Virus record (IMG/VR): IMGVR_UViG_3300037512_001928
Location: 32,001 to 96,000 of that record
From: a virus
Lineage: Duplodnaviria; Caudoviricetes
Strand: one strand, 5' to 3'
DNA: 64,000 nt
Part shown: positions 57,709-64,000 of the stretch, piece by piece
Numbering within the stretch: the stretch's first letter is position 1
How the letters are laid out: the number at the start of each line of letters is the position of its first letter
The notes under the pieces: model-generated
The model's database searches: none
The model's input: only the letters and a program-made list of their open reading frames with translations
What the model was told of the DNA's origin: nothing
Position numbers and translations under genes: made by a program

Positions 57709-57740
57709 GCAACAAGACTGTCAAAAATGTTCTATATATA
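57709..57740 (+). promoter_or_regulatory. Putative phage-sigma promoter
   Basis: GCAAC-N15-GTTCTATATA. Confidence 0.65.
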
Positions 57741-57773
57741 TTAGTAGGAGAATTTTATAAGGAGGTGATATTG

Positions 57774-58004
57774 ATGAGTAATTCTTCGTCAGATCAGCAT
57801 GAGAATCATGCCGCATCAACCACTGTCGGTATCGGCGGTCTGCTTGGCGTAGCGTTTGTTGTGCTCAGGCTCTGCGGTGTAATTAACTGGTCATGGTGGT
57901 GGGTGCTTGCGCCGTTCTGGATTCCTGTGGCTTTCTCGTTGCTGATTGTTATCTTTGCGTTGGTTCTGTCCGGCAAGTATGGCCCGGAGAAAGGAGGTTG
58001 GTGA
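57774..58004 (+). CDS. Small two-TM membrane protein
   Basis: VLRLCGVINWSWWWVLAPFW pattern. Confidence 0.7.
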   Translation: MSNSSSDQHENHAASTTVGIGGLLGVAFVVLRLCGVINWSWWWVLAPFWIPVAFSLLIVIFALVLSGKYGPEKGGW

Positions 58005-59116
58005 TGCGTCAGCTCGCATCTATACAGCGCATTACTGATATCCGCCCAATCGAGGGTAAGGATCGGATTGTGCAGTGCCATGTTAACGGCTGGAATGTGA
58101 TCATCAAGAAGGATGAATTCAACGAGGGTGATCTTGGCGTTTACGTTGAAATTGATTCCCAGCTTCCGGAAAAGCCTGAGTTTGAATTCCTGCGTCCAAA
58201 GAAGTTCAGGATCAAAACAATGAAAATGTCCGGAGTCCTCAGCGAAGGTATTGTCTTTCCGCTGTCGATTCTTCCGGTGCGTGAGAAACCCTATGAGCTT
58301 GGCGAGGATGTTACCGGACTGATGGGCGTTACCAAGTATGATCCGCAGGAAGAAGAGGACTGGTGGAAAAAGCTTCAGCAGGAACCTCGCAGGAAATCCT
58401 TCTGGGAAAAACTTCCGCTGATGCGGTTCAAATGGTATCGCGCCATTGTCAAATCCAAATCACGCAAGGGCGGTTTCCCATCGTTTATACCCAAGAGCGA
58501 CGAAACGAGAATACAAAATTGTCCATGGGTATTGCAGGATAAAAACACCAGATGGCTTGCCAGCGAAAAGGTCGACGGCTGTAGCGCCACGTATCTTCTC
58601 CTTCGCAAGCGCCGCTTTCTCCTTCCCGACCGATTCGAGTTCATGGTCTGTTCCAGAAATTGCCGCCTCGCCCGCGATGATTCACATTACTGGAAGATCG
58701 CCGACAAGTACGAGATCGAGAAGAAGCTTCGCAGCCTGATTGGCAAGCAGGACTGGATCGCCGTTCAGGGCGAAATCATTGGTCCGAAAATTCAGAAGAA
58801 CAAGTATAAGCTGACCGACTACGATTTCTATGTGTTCAATCTCCTGAATCCTTCCCAGTGTAAGGACGGAAAAACATGGTATCGCCATCCGTCGCTTTAT
58901 GCCGCTCGTCTGCTCTCTGAATTCGGGATCAAGTTTGTGCCGATCCTTGATACAGGAATTACGCTTCCGGATACCGTTGATGAAGTTCTTGCGATAGCGC
59001 ACGGTCAGTCCCAGCTGGGCGGTACGCTTCGAGAAGGAATCGTCTTCCGGTCGATGGATGGACAGCAGTCGTTCAAGGCTGTGGATCCCGAGTTTCTGAT
59101 TCATTACAACATCTGA
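58004..59116 (+). CDS. RNA ligase (Rnl2/DRB0094 family)
   Basis: N-terminal LASIQRI..I.PIEG.DRI, motif I EKVDG, QGEI, EGIVF, FKA. Confidence 0.88.
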   Translation: MRQLASIQRITDIRPIEGKDRIVQCHVNGWNVIIKKDEFNEGDLGVYVEIDSQLPEKPEFEFLRPKKFRIKTMKMSGVLSEGIVFPLSILPVREKPYELGEDVTGLMGVTKYDPQEEEDWWKKLQQEPRRKSFWEKLPLMRFKWYRAIVKSKSRKGGFPSFIPKSDETRIQNCPWVLQDKNTRWLASEKVDGCSATYLLLRKRRFLLPDRFEFMVCSRNCRLARDDSHYWKIADKYEIEKKLRSLIGKQDWIAVQGEIIGPKIQKNKYKLTDYDFYVFNLLNPSQCKDGKTWYRHPSLYAARLLSEFGIKFVPILDTGITLPDTVDEVLAIAHGQSQLGGTLREGIVFRSMDGQQSFKAVDPEFLIHYNI

Positions 59117-59127
59117 GGTGATGCTGA

Positions 59128-59220
59128 TTGGGTGACTATCAGTAGGCTTTTGTTGTGTGCCTGTTCGTGATCTTGGTGATTATAGGCATTGAGCGTCACG
59201 GACCTACTCCAAGAATTTAA
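59128..59220 (+). CDS. 30-aa membrane peptide with in-frame TAG at codon 6 (59143-59145)
   Basis: RBS GAGGTG, MGDYQ*AFVVCLFVILVIIGIERHGPTPRI fills the gap between ligase and RemA-like genes. Confidence 0.45.
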
Positions 59221-59230
59221 GAGGTAAAAT

Positions 59231-59572
59231 ATGATCTATCAAAAACCGTTGTTTAAAAACATCGGGTTCCATCACATTGTACAGATTAACCGGGTGGTGG
59301 CGGTAATCCCTCCGGGGACGAAATCGGCGGTGAATTATCTGCGCCGTGCCCGTGCCGCCAACCTGTTTATTGACGCTTCGATGGGGCACAAGTTTAGGGC
59401 AATTCTCATTCTCGATGACGGTCGCGTAGTGGCGTCCGGGATCTCCGTCAGCACACTGCTCCGGCGTTTCTCCGATGAGTACGATGCCAACTTCGCTGAC
59501 CAGCGTACAGTCGAGGAAGAGATGGAGGATATTATCCTCGAAGCTCAGGAAAATCTACAGGATGAGGATTGA
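59231..59572 (+). CDS. RemA/DUF370-family regulator
   Basis: NIGF..IV..NRVVAVI...IDAS.G...RAILILD. Confidence 0.75.
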   Translation: MIYQKPLFKNIGFHHIVQINRVVAVIPPGTKSAVNYLRRARAANLFIDASMGHKFRAILILDDGRVVASGISVSTLLRRFSDEYDANFADQRTVEEEMEDIILEAQENLQDED

Positions 59573-59820
59573 TGCCTATGATTGTGGTGTATACAAGCAG
59601 TACGTGCCCGAAGTGTGCAGTGCTCAAGAAAAAGCTCGCCAGTAAAAATCTTGAGTACGATGAATGCACGGACACTGCAAAAATGCAAAGCATGGGGATT
59701 CAGTCTCTCCCCATGCTTGATTTCGGCGATGGTAGCTTGCTTACTTTTAAAGAGGCTGTTGAGTATATTGACGGAAGGAAAATGCATGGATATTCAGCTG
59801 AAATTATCCAAGGACTTTGA
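59572..59820 (+). CDS. NrdH/glutaredoxin-like redoxin
   Basis: VYTSSTCPKC, SLP cis-Pro motif. Confidence 0.8.
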   Translation: MPMIVVYTSSTCPKCAVLKKKLASKNLEYDECTDTAKMQSMGIQSLPMLDFGDGSLLTFKEAVEYIDGRKMHGYSAEIIQGL

Positions 59821-61726
59821 AAGATGTCTGGATGATTTGAAGAAGAAATATGGCGAGGACTTTGAATATATCAATGGTCTTCATCCAAGCCAGCTTGACT
59901 TCTCCGAATTTATCGACAATCTTGTTGGCAAGGATACGCTTGCCGATGTAAGCATTGATCCAAACGCCAACGCGAATAATCGTGATATCCGTAGCTTTAT
60001 CACCGAAAAGGGAAAAAGCGAGGATAAGCTGTTTGGGTTAAATAAAATCTTTACCGAAATTAAAAAGATGTGGGGCTTACGTACTGCGAAAGCATGGCTT
60101 GAACAGGAATTCAGCCGTGGCTTTTATCTTAATGACAGTACGACTGCAAGTTATTTCCCCTACTGCTGGGCAAATGACTTTACGCGTCTTGCAACTGAGG
60201 GATTATTTTTCCTCAAAAATTACAACAGTCAGCCGCCAAAGCATTTGACTACCTACTTTGATGATGTAATCGAGTTTGTTTCGTTCTTATCAAACCGGCA
60301 GTCTGGCGCAGTCGGTATGCCGAATGTTTTGATATGGGCGTGGTATTTCTGGAAGAAGGATGTTGAGGGCGGTTATTACATGAAAGATCCTGAGTACTAT
60401 CTCAGGCAGCAGTTTCAGAAGTTTATCTTTAGGCTCAATCAACCCTTCCTCCGTATTGATCAAAGTTCTTTCACGAACGTTTCAATTTTTGATCGTCAAT
60501 ATCTTGAATCGTTGTTTGGCGGCATTGAATTCCCAGATGGTACCTTTGCGATTGATAATATTGAAGAGCTGATCACGACCCAAAAAGTTTTTATGGACGT
60601 GGTAAGTGAAACGCGTGAAACATGTATGTTTACTTATCCGGTTTTAACATACTCGCTGTTGTATAAAGATGGAAAGTTCGTTGACGAAGAGTTTGCCCGC
60701 TGGTGTTCTGATCACAATATCAAATGGTCTGATTCCAACTTCTTTGTCAGCGATAATGTAGGAGTCCTCTCAAACTGCTGCAGACTCTTGTCTGATACGT
60801 CAAAGCTCGATGCGTTTATCAATTCAATCGGCGGTACTGCACTGTCGGTTGGATCGTGTCGTGTGAGTACGATCAACCTTGCGCGAATTGCGTATGAAAG
60901 CCGGAACGATGAAGGGCAGTTTGACAAGAAGAAGTACCTCAAGATTCTTCGCCAGCGTGTATTACTTGACTGTAAAGCACTGGCGTCAATGCGTCATATC
61001 ATCAGGCGAAATATTGAAAAGGGTCTGTTGCCCAATTATCAGGATGGCGCTGTTGAGCTGGATAAACAATACTGTACAATCGGAATACTTGGTCTGTACG
61101 AAGTGATGGATCTGTTCGGGCTGATTGATACAGATGAGCTTGGATGTAAATCGTATTCGGATGAGGCCGTAGAGTTTACCTACCTGATTCTGGATCTGAT
61201 TAACGAAGTCAAGGATTCATTTGAATGTGACTTTTCGTTTAACATTGAAGCGATTCCGGCTGAAACATGTGCGGGCGTGATTTGTCAGGCAGACAATCTT
61301 CTGTTCGAGCAGGATAAATATTTCATCTATTCAAACCAGTGGATTCCGCTGATGGAGAAATGTACACTTCAGGAAAAGTGTCGTTTGGGGTCATTGTTTG
61401 ATAAAAAGTGTGGAGGTGGATGCATCGCCCATATCAATATTGAAAACAGATTCCCGAATGAAGAGACTGCTTGGAATATGCTGAACTATGTTGCTTCTCA
61501 GGGTGTGATCTATTTTGCGTTTACCACAAAGATCAGCGTATGCAAGGATCGTCATGCGTTTATCGGCGAGGTGTATTGCCCGATCTGCGGACAGCCTGTC
61601 GCGGATACATATTCCCGCGTAGTTGGATTCTACGTACCCGTAAGCAGTTATCAGAAAATTCGTAAGAAAGAATTTGACAAGCGTAAATGGATGAATGTAT
61701 TGCTGAATGATGGAGTAATGCAGTAA
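59786..61726 (+). CDS. nrdD: Anaerobic (class III) ribonucleotide reductase
   Basis: QSGAVG, NCCRL, IPAE, CPICG and glycyl-radical loop YSRVVGFY. Confidence 0.92.
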   Translation: MDIQLKLSKDFERCLDDLKKKYGEDFEYINGLHPSQLDFSEFIDNLVGKDTLADVSIDPNANANNRDIRSFITEKGKSEDKLFGLNKIFTEIKKMWGLRTAKAWLEQEFSRGFYLNDSTTASYFPYCWANDFTRLATEGLFFLKNYNSQPPKHLTTYFDDVIEFVSFLSNRQSGAVGMPNVLIWAWYFWKKDVEGGYYMKDPEYYLRQQFQKFIFRLNQPFLRIDQSSFTNVSIFDRQYLESLFGGIEFPDGTFAIDNIEELITTQKVFMDVVSETRETCMFTYPVLTYSLLYKDGKFVDEEFARWCSDHNIKWSDSNFFVSDNVGVLSNCCRLLSDTSKLDAFINSIGGTALSVGSCRVSTINLARIAYESRNDEGQFDKKKYLKILRQRVLLDCKALASMRHIIRRNIEKGLLPNYQDGAVELDKQYCTIGILGLYEVMDLFGLIDTDELGCKSYSDEAVEFTYLILDLINEVKDSFECDFSFNIEAIPAETCAGVICQADNLLFEQDKYFIYSNQWIPLMEKCTLQEKCRLGSLFDKKCGGGCIAHINIENRFPNEETAWNMLNYVASQGVIYFAFTTKISVCKDRHAFIGEVYCPICGQPVADTYSRVVGFYVPVSSYQKIRKKEFDKRKWMNVLLNDGVMQ

Positions 61727-62271
61727 TGGTAATCAAAGGAATTACGGACGAGGATTTTATTAACTATAAAGTCCCGTCCATGTTTATTGCAACTGCGCAT
61801 TGTTCATTCAAATGCGACAAAGAGTATGGTTTACAGATATGTCAGAACGGTATGTTGGCGCAACTGCCGGATATTGCGATTTCACTTCCGGAACTGTTTA
61901 AGCGTTATACCGGTAATCCAATTACAAAGGCTGTGGTGTTTGGTGGGCTTGAACCGTTTGATGATTTTGCTGAGTTACTGAAGTTCGTTTACTTTTTCAG
62001 AAATGGCGGTTGGGATGATGATATTGTAATCTATACAGGGTATACCAAGGAAGAACTGGAAAATGCTGTATGGGATGCTTATTTGGTTGACCATGTCGGG
62101 CTTGAAAAGTACTGGAATTCAAGCCCGCTTAATTGTATAAGCGCGTTGCAGCATTTCCCAAATATCGTCATCAAATTTGGTCGTTATATTCCGGATCAGA
62201 CACCGCATTATGATCCAGTCCTTGGCATATGTCTTGCCAGTGATAATCAGTATGCAGAAAGGATAAGTTAA
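61726..62271 (+). CDS. nrdG: NrdD-activating radical SAM protein
   Basis: CSFKC...CQN, GGLEP, IYTGY, S.NQ. Confidence 0.85.
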   Translation: MVIKGITDEDFINYKVPSMFIATAHCSFKCDKEYGLQICQNGMLAQLPDIAISLPELFKRYTGNPITKAVVFGGLEPFDDFAELLKFVYFFRNGGWDDDIVIYTGYTKEELENAVWDAYLVDHVGLEKYWNSSPLNCISALQHFPNIVIKFGRYIPDQTPHYDPVLGICLASDNQYAERIS

Positions 62272-62726
62272 TGCAATCAAAGGTAATGATAAATCCTGAT
62301 AAAGAAATCGCGGATGACATTCGCCGCCGCATCGATGAGAATGACGGCTACTGTCCGTGCCGTATTGATAAAACACCGGATACCATCTGCCCGTGCAAAG
62401 AGTTCCGCGAAACACAGGAATGCATCTGCGGTCTGTATGTCAAGTCCGCTGAAGAAGAACCCGAAGAAAAGGAGATCACGCTGGAAGAACAGAACGTAAT
62501 TCTGAAGATTCCGAAGAATGCGGTGCGCATAACGATCGGCGTACAGATCATCCAACCGAACGGCGCTGTGATAAATGTGCATAAAATGCTGATGCCGGAT
62601 GACATTCGTCAGGCTCGCACGGATTTTCTGGAGAATGTGGAAGACGGCGATGATTATGATACGCATTATGTGCTGACTGAAAAAGGGCGAGAGTATCTCG
62701 ATCAGCTTCAGCGGGAGGGTAAATGA
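62271..62726 (+). CDS. Ferredoxin-thioredoxin reductase catalytic-domain protein fused to an unknown domain
   Basis: CPC...CPC...CICGLY. Confidence 0.75.
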   Translation: MQSKVMINPDKEIADDIRRRIDENDGYCPCRIDKTPDTICPCKEFRETQECICGLYVKSAEEEPEEKEITLEEQNVILKIPKNAVRITIGVQIIQPNGAVINVHKMLMPDDIRQARTDFLENVEDGDDYDTHYVLTEKGREYLDQLQREGK

Positions 62727-62929
62727 AAAAGTATTTCGTTTACGCCGATAACGCGTCCGGCAAAAGCATCCAGATCAAGAAATGCAAACATGAGTACGAA
62801 GCCATGAGCTTTGCGACCGACATCAAAAATCTCGCCGAGTATGGCTGTATGACGGTTATAATGAAAACCGATGACGGCGATTATGTCTGGGACGCTCTGT
62901 CCGACGTATGGAATAAGGAGACAACATGA
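62723..62929 (+). CDS. Hypothetical protein
   Basis: Coupled ORF with RBS GGAGG. Confidence 0.6.
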   Translation: MKKYFVYADNASGKSIQIKKCKHEYEAMSFATDIKNLAEYGCMTVIMKTDDGDYVWDALSDVWNKETT

Positions 62930-63091
62930 ACGGGCATTATGTATGCATGGATTGCTGTTACACATTCCGGTATCCAATACACGCAGCAGAGGACGATGGT
63001 CTGGATTCGCCGCCATATCGCTACAGTTATTTATGCCCGAACTGCTATTCCGATGATATTGAATTTGAGGAGGATTACGATGAGTTCGTAG

Positions 63092-63619
63092 ATGATGACA
63101 CATGATATCGCAGAGTTTGAACGCGTATCGCTGGATCAGTATATCCGCGATACGCTCCTGTTTGAATCCTATGATGATGTCGGCACGGAAGCGCTGAAGG
63201 AATCCATCAAGGAGGAATGGCTGAATATCAAACTGCCGGTCAGAGCCACCCTTGGCGCGGCGGGATATGATTTCTACCTTCCGCATGATGTATGCCTGAC
63301 GGAGCATCCGGTGACGATCTATACAGGAATATGTTGTTCGATTCAGCCGGGATGGGCGCTGTTCCTCATGCCACGGTCGGGGCTTGGCTTTAAGTACGGC
63401 GTACGCCTGAGTAATAGTTTAGGTCTCATCGACGAGGATTACTATCACGCCGCAAACGAAGGACATATCGCCGCGAAGATTTATGCCGGTGATAAGCCCG
63501 TCTCCCTGCAAGCCGGGGATCGTTTCATGCAGGGCGTATTCCTCCCCTACGGTACGGCAAGCAATGGCAATCTCGGCGGCGTCCGTATCGGCGGCACGGG
63601 ATCCACAGGGCTGGGGTGA
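63092..63619 (+). CDS. dut: Trimeric dUTPase
   Basis: AAGYDF, PRSGLG, GLIDEDY, RIGGTGSTG. Confidence 0.92.
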   Translation: MMTHDIAEFERVSLDQYIRDTLLFESYDDVGTEALKESIKEEWLNIKLPVRATLGAAGYDFYLPHDVCLTEHPVTIYTGICCSIQPGWALFLMPRSGLGFKYGVRLSNSLGLIDEDYYHAANEGHIAAKIYAGDKPVSLQAGDRFMQGVFLPYGTASNGNLGGVRIGGTGSTGLG

Positions 63620-63623
63620 ATAT

Positions 63624-64000
63624 ATGGCTTCAAATGAATATATCCAGCTCTTCGCCTGCGATCTGTCGATGAACCGCCCGGGTTTCGCCGTGCTCGAATG
63701 TGACATTGCCACCCGCAAGGTCAGGGTGCTGTACAAGAGCAACGTCAACAACAAGATCGCCAAACCGAAAACCCATGCCCGGAAATTGGTGGATATTGCG
63801 AATGAGATCAAAAAGATCCTGATACAGTATCCATGCGCCTATCCGGTGCAGGAAGACGCGCTTGGCATGATGACGCTGATCGGCGGCAAGAATATGTACT
63901 CGGCAAAAACCATTCAGGTGCTTGCGCGGGTTGTGGGTCTGAGCGAATATCTCGCGATGGATCTCCTCCATACCGAGTTCGACCGCATTCATCCAAAGAA
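63624..64000 (+). CDS. RuvC-like Holliday junction resolvase (partial)
   Basis: ACDLSMNRPGFAV, VQED, LARVVG; runs off window. Confidence 0.75.
   Translation, partial: MASNEYIQLFACDLSMNRPGFAVLECDIATRKVRVLYKSNVNNKIAKPKTHARKLVDIANEIKKILIQYPCAYPVQEDALGMMTLIGGKNMYSAKTIQVLARVVGLSEYLAMDLLHTEFDRIHPK

Noticed and set aside
1-64000. Genome-wide genetic code 15 recoding
   Set aside because: Long genes such as dnaE, nrdD, primase-helicase and protease contain many Gln and Leu codons but no TAG; TAG use is sparse and localised

Overview
64 kb of a large tailed dsDNA phage of a Firmicutes (probably clostridial, anaerobic) host; no host housekeeping genes are seen. The left arm (1-19.9 kb, minus strand) carries head and packaging genes in SPbeta-like order (capsid, decoration, protease, portal, TerL, probable TerS, metallophosphoesterase), two tRNAs, a set of small structured RNAs, a split C5 methyltransferase and an AEP-type Rep. 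An AT-rich non-coding pivot (19.9-21.8 kb) holds DnaA boxes and a dif/loxP-like site. The right arm (plus strand) has many small early genes, a tyrosine recombinase, Sak4-like ATPase, SSB, sigma factor, Ro60-like vWA protein, primase-helicase, DnaE split by a group I intron with an HNH endonuclease, a low-GC array of small genes separated by conserved junction motifs, RNA ligase, RemA-like protein, class III RNR module, dUTPase and RuvC. Main observation: six neighbouring packaging-region genes each carry exactly one in-frame TAG, five of them within the first 36 codons. A phage CUA-anticodon suppressor tRNA lies among them. Its features and the codon contexts suggest TAG is read as Leu rather than the usual Gln, making an amber gate on packaging genes. 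All calls are by eye; no database searches were run.
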